From NCBI RefSeq assembly GCF_009914755.1, contig NC_060935.1: a stretch of 64,000 nucleotides of DNA; one strand, 5' to 3'. Shown piece by piece: positions 28,787-41,652 of this stretch (the stretch's first letter is position 1; each line of letters begins with the position of its first letter). The position numbers and the translations under genes were made by a program. The DNA is from the human T2T-CHM13v2.0 reference genome, Homo sapiens. The notes under the pieces were generated by a model that was given only the letters and a program-made list of their open reading frames with translations, was not told where the DNA came from and ran no database searches.

Positions 28787-30214
28787 TGAATTTTCTATGT
28801 ATACAGCCATGTTGACAGCCAATAACAGTTTAATTTCTTCCTTTTTTATTTTTTTAATGTGGTAAGTTATACAGTATTGATTTTAAACAACCTTGCATTC
28901 CTGCAATGATCAAAACTTGATCGTGATGTATGTATTATCCATTTTTTAACACGCTACATTTGGGTTATATTTGCTAATATTTTATTTAATATCTGAATTG
29001 ATCTTCTTGAGAGATATTGACCTATAATTTTCCTTTTTAGTAATGTTCTTTCAGATTTTGGTATAAAGATGAGTTGGGAAGTGTTAACATTTTTTTTTAA
29101 TTCCTGCAAGAGGTTAGACAGAACTGGTGTTATTTCATTCTTAAATGTTTGGAAGATACCAGTGAGGCTTTTTCTTTGTGGTATGTGTTTTAATTTTAAA
29201 TTCCATATTTTTAGTAGTTATATTTTTATAACTACTTCTATTAAAGCTATATTTCTTCTTGTGTCTATTTTGGAAAGCTTTTAAGTAATTTCTCTATTTT
29301 ATCTAAGTTGTCAAATTTACTAGCATCAAATTATTCAAAATATCTTCCTATCTTTTTAATGCCTGTAAGATCTTTAGGTATAGATTTACCATTTCTGATA
29401 TTGGTGAAACTAATCTTAAAGAAGTTTATTCTGTGAGAACTAACAAATGACAGTTGACAGAATGAACAGCATCTTTAAAAATAGTTTCACTTAAAATTCT
29501 GAAATATTTCTTATTTGACTTTTTTCCCACTGCTTCTTGATAAAAACTAAGAACATAATGTTAAAATAGCATCATGAGTCAATCAAATGAAATCTAGGTG
29601 TTTTTGCTTTCAAATTATATAAACCCATATTAGGTAAGGATATAGTGAATATAAGTCATTTAGAATAACTTTTTGGAAATTATTTCTGCCATTTGGACTT
29701 CTGATAGGTGAGTTGCCATAATTCACCTATCAGAACTCATGGTGAGTTGCCATAACTCACCCATCAAATTATTTCAGCCATATGGACTTCTGATAGCCGA
29801 AGGGCTTAGCAAAAGCCAAGGCATGTTGGCAGTAACATAGCTGGGTGAGAATGACGATGAATTCACTCCAAACATGTTAGGTAAAAGTTATACACACACG
29901 TACAAACATGTCAACAACTCTGTTCAAATCAAATCTTAGGCAGAATGTGAGCTCAACTACATAAGGGCAGGGATTTTTGTATGTTTTGTTCATGGCTGCA
30001 TCCTTAGCACATATAATAGCTCCTGACACAAAGCAGTCATTCAATGAATATGTATTAAATGAATGAGGAGTGCCTGAACTGCCTGGAGAAACACTGTGGG
30101 TACTGGAGAGCAGTTTGAAATTCAAACTCATGTTAAGAAAAATCTCTCAGAAAATAGTGCAAAAATACAGAGATATAAAAAAGGAACGCAACCTTTCCAC
30201 ACAACCTTTTAATT

Positions 30215-30495
30215 GCCTCTCGCTCTCTCTATATATATATAGATAGATATAGATAGATATCTCTCTACAGAGAGAAAGAAAGAGAGAGCGATCTCCTGCT
30301 TTTGCTATGTGAGCTGCCTGTTCCTCCTTTGCCTTCCACCATGATTGTAAGTTTCCGGAGGCTTCACCAGAAGCCAAGCAGATGCCAGCATCATGCTTCC
30401 TGTAAAGCCTGAAGAACTGTGAGCCAACTAAACCTTTTTTCTTTATAAATTACCCAGTTTCAGGTATATAGCAATGCAAGACTAGCCTAATACAA
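30215..30495 (+). mobile_element. MST-family MaLR LTR 3' part, preceded by a compound (CT)/(TA)/(TAGA)/(GA) microsatellite
   Basis: CCATGATTGTAAGTTTCC...AGAACTGTGAGCCAACTAAACC...CTAATACA. Confidence 0.8.
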
Positions 30496-31059
30496 TTGTC
30501 ATAGTAATGTAAACAAATATTACTCTAGCCAAAATTTCAATTTATCTATAATGGGAGTATAAAGGAGCAATAAGTATATGTGACACAGGGAGTATGAAAG
30601 AGAGAGAAATCTCGTCTTTCATCGTAGGAAATCAACATGATATCTAAAATTGAAAAACATAAAAAGCAGCAATATAAGGATTTGGTATTAAAAGTGTTTG
30701 GCTCTGGGGTACAGTGGAGACAGAAGAGGTCTCCTATATTTGGTTGCAAGCCTTGTAGAACGATTTAATACTATAAAACAATGCACATTCAACTTCCATA
30801 AAATTAACACCACAACGTAATCCATTTTTAAGGCCTGCAAAACCAAACCAAGACAAAAGCAACCTTATGCTCCAAATAAAACCCTGAATTTTTCTACTTG
30901 CTCTTCAAATTAAAATTTGCTGAATTTGATTTCATCTGTAAAGTTAGTTATTAGTTTGTTATTTTGTGAATACAAAAGAGCTTGGAAACTACAATGTGCT
31001 TAATATAATAATTCACAACGTGAAAGTTGGGAATCCTCAGTATTTACTTATTCAATCAC

Positions 31060-31800
31060 GTTGCGTGTGTGTAGCAGGGAGCAGGACGCGACAGGCACAA
31101 GGCTGCGTGAAACCAGCGACGGTGCCTTGCACTCACCTGCACACCGGTTCCACTTCTAACTTTTCTGTTCTGGGCAGTGATCTGTTCTGTCGGCTTGGGA
31201 CCAGACTTCTGAGTCCACATTCCAACGGTGCCGCTTCCTAGCTATGAGGCCTTATGCAGTTTCCTTCGCTTTTTCTGAATCTCGGATTCTCTGGGAATAG
31301 TAAAGCCTCTCTTGCCGAGCTCGTGTGAGAAATTAACAATAAATTAACGAGAAATTAATGGAAAGTCCTTTGCTTTGGTCAATGATAATAATAACCCCAG
31401 CCCCATAACTTCAGCACCTTCTTTGGTGCGCGGAATACCTAGGGCCTCGGAAGGCCGGCTGGGGGCGGGGAGAATCGGCAGTCACTATGGCAACCCGAGA
31501 CGCCTCGCATGCTGGGCTGCCTGCGACTGAGCTGAGAAGGAAACCGTGCCCAGGGCTCTCGGAAGACCGCTGCGGCATGACAGGCGAGGAGGCGGTGGTG
31601 GTGACCGCAGTGGTGGCGCCCAAGGCGGGTCGCGAAGAGGAGCAGCCTCCTCCGCCAGCAGGGCTGGGGTGCGGGGCGCGCGGGGAACCCGGCCGCGGCC
31701 CCCTAGAGCACGGCCAGCAGTGTGAGTTCAGCTCCAGCCGCGGACGCTACTGGGAGGAGGGGCGTGGAGAACGAGTGACAGGGCAATTGGGGGAAACCGC
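31060..31800. promoter_or_regulatory. C11orf97: C11orf97 CpG-island promoter with GC box (31461) and RFX X-box GTCACTATGGCAAC (31481-31494)
   Basis: CpG-rich; near-consensus X-box (GTTRCCATGGYAAC). Confidence 0.8.
31577..31721 (+). CDS. C11orf97: C11orf97 coding exon 1 (MTGEEAVVVTAVVAPKAG...GPLEHGQQ)
   Basis: ATG in GGCATG context; donor AGT|gtgagt, phase 1. Confidence 0.9.
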
Positions 31801-31992
31801 AGTGGGACTGGCTGAGAAGGTTTGGGGCAGGGGAGGTGGAGCTGCTGCTTTTGGCAGAACCAGAGATGATGGCACTGTGGCAGAAAGCATAGGTCCATCT
31901 TTCCAAGCCCTCCTTCCCGATAGCCTGCCTGAATTCAGGGTCTGGGCATCAGCTCCAATTTAATCATAGTGGCGTTATTCTGAAAGGAATTA

Positions 31993-32080
31993 ACACACAC
32001 ACACACACACACATTTATATGTATACCATTTTATATACACATTTGTATATGTATATGTGTATGTATGTATGTATGCGTAT
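31993..32080. repeat. (CA)n and (TATG)n microsatellites
   Basis: Seen directly. Confidence 0.9.
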
Positions 32081-32859
32081 ACACCCTTAGAAACACGCAG
32101 CTCATTTTGCCAGTTATTTCATTTTACAGATGAGGAAATTGAGATCTAGACCAGAGGAAAGAGACTTGCCACAGCCAGTCAGTGCAGGCGAAATACTAAA
32201 ATCACTTTTAACTTCCATCTCTTGGACTCTCAGTCTACAATTACCCAATCCTTTTAGAATCTCATAATTATGGGCTACATTTTAACGCACTGTTCTTTGC
32301 TCTCTGCCCTGACAAACACACAATATTCAAATAGGTAAAGACAGTTCTGGCCCACAGCCATAATGGAAGTGGTTGTAATTTGAGTCCTAGCCAGGTTGTT
32401 ATTCACCCATACTGTTTCATGAATTAACAGATATTTCACAGCCTCTTGCACCCCCAGGTCTTCAGTAGGTGCTAAGGAATGATGGTGAGAAGAATAAGCC
32501 AGAGGAACAGAGTAGTTTCCAGCCTTCCTGCAGCACCTTCTTGACTGCATCTCTGGAGAGCAGACTGGGTTTCTCCAAGGTTCCTCTGCACCGGGAGGCC
32601 CCAGGAGGGAGGGTTGGGCTGAAGCACCTCCATACTTGTGCTTGGTGGACCACACACTCTCCTCCCCAGAGACCTCATCAAGAAGTTACAGAACTACTGC
32701 CTCCTGGTGAAAGGGGCCTCTTCCCTGGGCATCAGCTCCAGTATGACTATGAAATGTCATTCCTTTTGTTATTATTATCAGCAGCATGCAGAGGCCTTGC
32801 TTAGAGCACATAAATTCAGTATACTTGGGTAATGGAGATTCTTTACTCCTACTTAAAAT

Positions 32860-33189
<330 letters not shown>

Positions 33190-33663
33190 TAAAGATGCTA
33201 GTTTCTAAGTTTCTTTAGTCCTGTGGCTCTAGGAGTAAAAGGTGGGATTAACATTCACTCATCAATTTAACATATTGAGTCTTTATTACATGCTAGGCAT
33301 TCCACAAGTTTCAGGGAAAGAACTAATGACTTAAGGCAGGTGTCCAAACTTTCACAAGCTCACAAAGTTGGGGTGGGAAAATGAAAGAGTTCCTGCCTCA
33401 GCCTCCCTCAGAACCTCCTTTTAGGGACTCAGCCTAAGTAGAGACAGGCTGTTCGCACAAGCACAAAGTACTCAGTCAATTTTTCAAATGTCTGTAATTA
33501 TTGGAAAAGTCTTCAGTCTCTTTACAGCTTCTATTCCCTATATTCCCTAATCACAGTCCTGCTCTCAAACACGAAGTGTGGTTGTTTGCTTGTAAACATC
33601 CTTGAATTATATAAAGGCAGCTCCTTGAGCACCAACCAAATCTTTCATAGACTTAATGTCACC

Positions 33664-33988
<325 letters not shown>

Positions 33989-34545
33989 CAATGTCACCTT
34001 TAGGATCACTTGTAGTGCTCTAACCTGGCTGGCTGGCCACTTCTTCCAACAATCTCCAGTGTATCATATCACTGAAACCTGTATTCTAGGTATGAACTGA
34101 TTAGTAGAGTGTGGTGGATCTATAACTGTGCGTTGTAATAAACTATGAATAATTTGTAATAACCGTAGGAGCTTGGGAGACTCAGGTAGGTGTGGCTTCT
34201 CATTTTCATTATTTTAGTTTTATGACTCAAGGAAGCTACTTTCTCAACTATAAAACAGGAATAATTATACTTGCCCATAGGTCATTGTGAGAAAGAGAAA
34301 TAATAATATATATAAGATGCAATTGTTATTAGCTCTCAGGAAAAAAAACAAAAAACAACAAAAAAAAATCCAAAAAACGTGGAATAATAATTGTTTCAAA
34401 AGAAATTCTGGAATAATACTGTTCTTAGTCATACTTCTCAGTGATCACAGCTTCTCATCATCTATACACACAAGACATCTATCGACCAATCCACTTAAAA
34501 TGCTGGTAAAGGTCAACATCAAACTGCTATGGTAGAGTTTGTAGA

Positions 34546-34812
34546 ATTTTCTTTCTCTCTCTCTTTCCCTTCCTTCCTTCTTTCTTTTTTAAATTTGCTT
34601 TCCCTTCCTTTCCTTTTCCTTCCTTTCCTTTCCCTTTCTCCTTTTTTTTCCTTTTCCTTTCCTCTTTCCTTTCTCCTTTCCTTTCTTTTGTCCTTTCTCC
34701 TTTCCTTCCCTTTTTCCTTTCCTCTCCTCTCCTTTCCTTCCTGGCCAAGTTTGTGAAACCTTTTTCTGCCTGAAAGTTCTGCCCCCTCTCCCCTCCTTTC
34801 CTTTCTTCTCCT
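34546..34812. repeat. Polypyrimidine (CT/TTCC-rich) low-complexity tract
   Basis: Seen directly; H-DNA-prone. Confidence 0.9.
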
Positions 34813-36627
34813 GAGCAGGAGATATTTACCCGTACTAGCTCCTTAGTACTCTCCCAATTACCACAATTCTTCAAATCACCTTTAATGATTTCTTCTGTGC
34901 ATTTTCCTAGCACCAGGGCTGAAATTTGTCAGGAGATCTGAACTGAGAGCAGGTGGTCTTTTCCTTTCTGTTGTTCTGTTATAGGCTTAGTTTTCTTCCT
35001 AGCCAAGTTTGTGAACCCTTTTTCTGCCTGAAGATCATGATTTAACAGATTAAACCAAAGTTAGGCTTCAGTAATGCTGATCCCATATTTTATTCATATG
35101 ACTTCCAACTTTGGGGAAACAAGAATGAGACCCTGAAAGTATGTAATTCTAACTTTTTCATGTCTGAGGGTGTGTCTGGGTCTTCATGACCAGGAATGAC
35201 CTGGGATCACTGCCGGAAGCAGCAGGTCTCTTGCCCCATTTTTGCCAGTCTGCATCCCCGTCAAATTGACTCACTTGTGTTGTTTATTGATTAGTCTGGA
35301 AAAGATGAGATACCTGCCCATATATATGTGAGTTTAAAATCAAATCATAAACAACTAAAGTATTTGGTTGTTTAGGTTTTCATTGGTTCCTTGAATTGAG
35401 CTTTTGGATACTGAGATTAGAACTATCGGTTCACTGACATTCACAGTGACCGTATAACTGCATTGACAGACATGCACACAGTCTTTAGTTAGAGCTCCAA
35501 TTTATCAGTGCTTAGTTCTAACTGAACACACATTTGTTGAGCATTTATTATCATGCCAAGCTCTGTTCTAAGACTCTGATGAACTGAAGAGACAACATCC
35601 CTGCCCTCATGGGGTTTGTGATCTGGTAAAGAAGTTATATATTAAATAAATAGCTACACAAATAATTGTGTATAAAAAAATGAAGCTGTATCCAAATTGC
35701 AATAAGTAAAATGAAAGAATAAAGGAGGGTGCCATGATAAAAAGTCATTTCCAGATTGTGGAGTAAGGGAAAGTTTTCCTAAAGAACTAATGTTTAAGCC
35801 AAGACCTAAAATTTGAGTAGAAGTTATATAGGCAAAACCAGGAGAAAGGCAGCTCAGGTAGCAAAAACAGCATGTGCAAAGGTAGGAATGAACAGAAGGG
35901 CCATGTGTCTGGAGCTCAGAGAGCAAGAGAGAGAGGCTGACCGGAGAGATTAGGGATATGGGTAGGCCCAATAGCACAGAGCTCTTTTGTTTCTCTGGAG
36001 TTCTGACATCTGGGCTGAGCTACATTTCTGAGAAGAAATGTAGCTACAGTGTTTAAAACAAACAATTCAGTCCTTGACTGTAGTAGTCATGTCCTATAGG
36101 TCCAGATTTAAAGGCCAGGGAAAAGTGCTATGTCCATAAGTGGTTCACTACTACAATTCAGTTTCAATCTTTTAAAATGTCGATTTTAAAATGCTGAGAT
36201 TTTGTTCTCTCTTCTGTACCTGGATTGCAAGCTCTATACACACATCTGTCTTACTCATTGCTCTGTCTTCAGCCCCTAGCCAAATGCCTATCACAGAGTA
36301 GGTCTTTAATAAGAGTTCATTCAACAAACGAGTGCAAGTTTTCTTGAAGCTAAGGAGGAAACTTTATCTATTTCTTCATAACACCTAAAAGAGGTACCTG
36401 AAACTTACCCTGCAAGTTCAGGAATTACATGAAAACGTGAAGTCCCAAAAGAACCTAAAGTTTCCATGGAAGAGATCTTTCCAAGATAGAGCCTTCAGGG
36501 CAAATTGTCTGATATTTGTATGGAATAACATGTCTTCTTTTAAAAAAATTGTTATCATGTAGATATAATGGCTAGAAGATTGGGCAGTATTTATACTAAG
36601 TAATTGATTTTGTTAATGCCTTTATAG

Positions 36628-36732
36628 GGAAGAAATTTTTATATTGTGAGCCACATAAGAGAATTAAGGAAGTACTGGAAGAAGAACGTCATATTAAGAG
36701 AGATGAATGCCACATTAAAAATCCAGCTGCAG
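36628..36732 (+). CDS. C11orf97: C11orf97 exon 2 (105 nt; WKKFLYCEPHKRIKEVLEEERHIKRDECHIKNPAA)
   Basis: ttatag|GG acceptor, CAG|gtaatc donor; open in the frame set by exon 1. Confidence 0.9.
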
Positions 36733-36912
36733 GTAATCTCAGTGACAAATGAAGTATGTTTGTGAAATGAATATGAAATTGCCTACTTGATGACAGAGTA
36801 TTTTATTATAAAACCATACTATTGAAATAAAAAGTTTTTGGAAAGTTCTTGAACTAGTTTATAATTAATTTGCTTATGTCCAAATAAACCTTCATGTCTA
36901 GAAAAAAAAATG

Positions 36913-37211
36913 GGCTGGGCACGGTGGCTCACGCCTGTAATCCCAGCACTTTGGGAGGCCGAGGTGGATGGATCACGAGGTCAGGAGATTGAGACTATCC
37001 TGGCTAACACGGTGAAAACCCGTCTCTACTAAAAACACAAAAAATTAGCCGGGTATGGTGGCGGGCACCTGTAGTCCCAGCTACTCGGGAGGCTGAGGCA
37101 GAAGAATGGCGTGAACCGGGAGGCAGAGCTTGCAGTAAGCCAAGATCGCGCCACTGTACCCCAGCCTGGGTGACAGAGCAAGACTCCATATCAGAAAAAA
37201 AAAAAAAAAAA
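36913..37211 (+). mobile_element. AluY-like
   Basis: ATCCTGGCTAACACGGTG and GAGCTTGCAG diagnostics. Confidence 0.93.
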
Positions 37212-37351
37212 GATCTAGATATCAATATGTACTTTGCTGTCCCACTTTCTTGGTGGAGTTATTTCTATTTAATGACATGTACCATTTTTTCCAAGTGCCT
37301 GAAAAACACAATAATAACTTCAATCTTTATCAATATAGGTATGACAAGTAA

Positions 37352-37538
37352 CAGTGGTTTCCAAACTTTAGATTTTTATCAGAATTACCTGGGAGCTTGT
37401 TAAAAGCAGATTGCTGAGCCCTACCCCTAGCATATTTGGCACAGTATGTCTGCAGTGGAGCCCAAGAATTTGGATTTTTACAAATTTCCCAGGTGATATT
37501 GATGCTGCTGGTCCAGTACCCGACTTTGCAAATCACTG
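37352..37538. mobile_element. MER5A-like hAT MITE
   Basis: CAGTGGTTTCCAAAC...CCCAGGTGATATTGATGCTGCTGGTCC...AATCACTG. Confidence 0.8.
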
Positions 37539-37957
37539 ACTCAGCAGAACCTAAGTCATTTACATGGTCAGATCATCCAAGGATTTCATCCCGTAGAGGA
37601 TCTGAGCATTGATAGCTCTTATTGATGGTTCATGTGTGAAAGAGATGCTCTAGGAGCCCCAGAATCCCAGATGTTAGTTTGAAACTGCTGGCGTCCTTCA
37701 TTTTCATGGTTCCTTCTCAACGATTACTAGATGCATATTTCATGCTCTCAAATCATCAGATTTTTATTGTGACACTCTTGGGTATCAGCAGTTGCTAGAA
37801 GAAATAACAAAACTATTACATAGACTCCTTCATTTGTGGAGAATTGTTGGTCAACCTGCAAGTGAGGTCCAAATTCACTAAGGATTCCTAAGAGAGAGGC
37901 TGCAGGCCCAGAAGTCCATCATTTCAGATTACATGATGTATGTTGTGCCCACTTTAC

Positions 37958-38252
<295 letters not shown>

Positions 38253-38714
38253 CCACTTTACATTTCTAAAGCAGACATAGAAACTCCTTTGGGTCTTCTC
38301 GTATGACCCATTCTTATAAAAGGAGAGACCAATAAAATGGTGAAATTTGCTCCCATAATATCTTCAAGGAAAGTTTTAAAGTCTATTTTGAACTTAATGA
38401 ATGGATGCAGAATGACCTACTGCATTTCAGCTGGGAAGCCCCGCCTACATGTACTATTTTCCTGGTGTTTAACATTTTTTTCTAAGTCTATACTGTTATA
38501 TTCTGGATTTATCTTCATTGTTTTAAAAATCTACATAAAAGCTAGTTTATACACTAGCTGTATGTTGTATTATTCTTATTGGATACACTAGATTGTGAGA
38601 CAGTCTGAGTGAATAGGATGTATCTTTTGGTTTATAAAAATTCATTTTCCTAAGCAATCTTTTCAAATATCCTTTATATAAAATGAAGACTGTCTGGGCT
38701 GCTTTTTAAAATAA

Positions 38715-38733
38715 CATCCACTAGAGGTCGCAC
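38715..38733 (+). promoter_or_regulatory. Candidate CTCF site (CATCCACTAGAGGTCGCAC)
   Basis: Near match to CCACTAGAGGGCGC core; binding not shown. Confidence 0.45.
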
Positions 38734-39159
38734 AGAGGTACTATTTTAGCCTAGAAAAATCTTTCAATGCGGAGAATAGATTCTATAAATTTGGGTTTTA
38801 AAATGATCTACTTATGGGAAATCCCGCTGTTTTTAAAATATATATCATGGCTAGAAGCCACATACCATTGGCCAGAACAGAGAATTAGCATCTAGAGAGG
38901 GTGCCACACTCTTCCAGCCCAGCCTCAGAGCCTAGAGGCCAGCCATTGGACATTTGCTTCTAATTCGGTTTGCAGTGACCCCTCCTTTATATATCTGATG
39001 ACAGCCATGGCTTCTTTTCCTGGAAGACACAGTTTGTCACATACGTGCAGAATTCTGCATAAAACTTTTAGAGAATTGTGTGGTTCCTATAGCTGCTATT
39101 TTTAAAGATAAGTACATGTTAACCATTTTCTCCTCCCCTTTACTTCTCCTTTGCTACTT

Positions 39160-40280
39160 CACCTATTCTAATTAGGCATTTGTTCCCATGAGTCCAGGGA
39201 AACTGTTCTTTCCAAGATTGCAAATAGCCTTCTTTTTGAAGGTCAAATCCAATGATCCCTCCAACATACTCAACCTCTCTGTAACATCTGATGTAGTTGT
39301 TTCCTCCTTCTCTCTAAAAACACTTTCTTAGCTTGGCCTGTAGGTCACAATGCTCCAATTTCCTGGTTTTGCTCCTACCTCTTTAGCTATTCTTTCTCCA
39401 TCTTCTTTGCTGGCTCTCCCTCCACCTAGCCTGTATAATTTAGAGGTCTCAGTCACGGGCTCTTTTCTCTACCTACCCTCACACCGTGGGATATCTAGCC
39501 CTATTGGGCTAATGACTCCAGCATTTTTTATTTCTACCCTATACTTTTCCCCTTAAATCCCAAAACCTACTTGATTCTCCACTTGGATGTCCAATAGGCC
39601 TCTCAACCTTAAGATGTCCAGAACCAAAATCTTATTCTCTATTCCCAGGCTTTTAAAAAACCCATAGGTCTTTCCCATATCATGAGATGGTACCACCAAA
39701 CACCTAGAAGTCAAGTCCTCAAACTCCGTATCCAGTCTATCAGCCAATCCTTTTGAATTCAGTGTATATCCTAAATCCCCCACCAGCACCGTTGCCAAGC
39801 CCCTGCCACCTTTTGCAGGCCTGGCAATAGCATCCTATAACAGCCTCTGCTACTGCCCCTGCTACTGTTAATTCTCTGCACTGAAACCGGAGGGATCTTT
39901 TACAAACATAAATCGTTACATGTCACCTCCATGCTTAAAGTTGTCTGATGGCTTTTTATTATTCTGAGACTAGATTTCATGCTCCTATGGCCAGCTCACC
40001 TCTCTGATCTCATCTCCTATACTTTTCCACTCCACTTTAACCACACAGGCTTTCTTGACATTCTGGAATGTGCCAAATCCATTTTCACCCCTCAGGACAT
40101 TTAAAGGTCACCCAGACATTCAGATATCTTCCTCTCTCTTCATTCAGGCTTCAACTGCATATGCCATCTTCTCAGAGAGGCCTTTCCACTCCACCAGGTC
40201 AAAACAGAAATTGTCCTCCAGGTCACCTTCTAATCCCTATACTGCTTTCTTCTTTCTCCTGTTTTCTATTGCTACCTGAA
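39160..40280. mobile_element. L2 fragments
   Basis: Pyrimidine-rich L2-like motifs (CTCCACTTGGATGTCCAATAGGC, AGAGGCCTTTCC). Confidence 0.6.
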
Positions 40281-40288
40281 ATTTTATG

Positions 40289-40632
40289 CAGACAGTCCCC
40301 AACTTATTGTGGTTCAACTTATGATTTTTCAATGTGATGGTGTGAAAGTGATACATGTCAGTAGGAACCCTACTTCAAATTTTGAATGCTGCTCTTTTCC
40401 TGGGCTAGCGATCTGCCTTATGATTCTCCTTTGCAATGCTGGGCAGTGGCCATGAGCCGCAGCTTCTAGTTAGCCATTCTAATGTAAGTGTTCTGAGCAC
40501 ATTTAAGGTAGGCTAGGCGAAGCTATGATGTTTGGCAGGTTAGGTGTATGAAATGCATTTACTACTTACAATTTTTTTTCAACTTATGATAGGTTTTTCA
40601 GGATGTAACTCCGTCGTAAGTCGAGGAGGATC
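40289..40632. mobile_element. MER47-like TcMar-Tigger MITE
   Basis: GTAAGTGTTCTGAGCACATTTAAGGTAGGCTAGGC and TCGTAAGTCGAGGAG terminus. Confidence 0.75.
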
Positions 40633-41298
40633 CATATTTCTTTACATACTTCTTTATTGGCTATCTCTCCCACTAGAACACAAGCTATCTGAGGATAGGG
40701 GCTTAATTTTGCTTACCCCAAATCCTCACAAAGCTGTATGATATTGATATTCTGATCCCCATCTTAGGATGAGTAAACTAAGATTCTGAGAGGTGTTTAA
40801 CTTGCCCAAGGTTATGCATTAAGTAGCAGAACCAGATCCAAATTCAGATCTGACCCCCAATCCCATTGGCTTTCTACTCACTATGGTGTCTCTGGTGACA
40901 CGTTATGGCTAAATGCAGTGGATACTGTTCTGCCTCTAGGTGGCTTGAGCTTTCTGCAACATTTCACATAGTCGATGGCTCTCTCCTTCAACCTTGTTCC
41001 TTTCTCAAATTCCATGATACTTAACTGTCCTGGTTCTCCCTCTACTTCTTTCTCATCCTCTGTTAAGCACTCTTTTTATTCACTACATTCTCCGAATCTT
41101 GATGTTTATCGGAGTGTTTCCCACAGTCTTGTAATCTTGTTCCATTAGCTTTCCTGGGATTTTCTCATACTTTTCACTACGGCCTCTCTAGGATGCCTCT
41201 GAAATGTGTCTCTGCAGGCTAAACTTCTTTTCCTGGATGTCCCATAAGTCATAAGATAACTCAGGCCCAACATGTCCAAAACAAAACTCACACCTCTG

Positions 41299-41652
<354 letters not shown>

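Noticed and set aside
29699-29735. Hairpin as a possible pre-miRNA
   Set aside because: Only 37 nt with a 16-bp stem, too short for a Drosha substrate
31722-31963. ORF-track continuation of C11orf97 exon 1 to 158 aa
   Set aside because: Runs past a strong GTGAGT donor into GC-rich intron; the spliced frame explains the gene
34527-34913. 128-aa Lys/Arg/Glu-rich ORF and 75-aa Phe/Leu/Ser ORF
   Set aside because: Products of the CT-rich low-complexity tract
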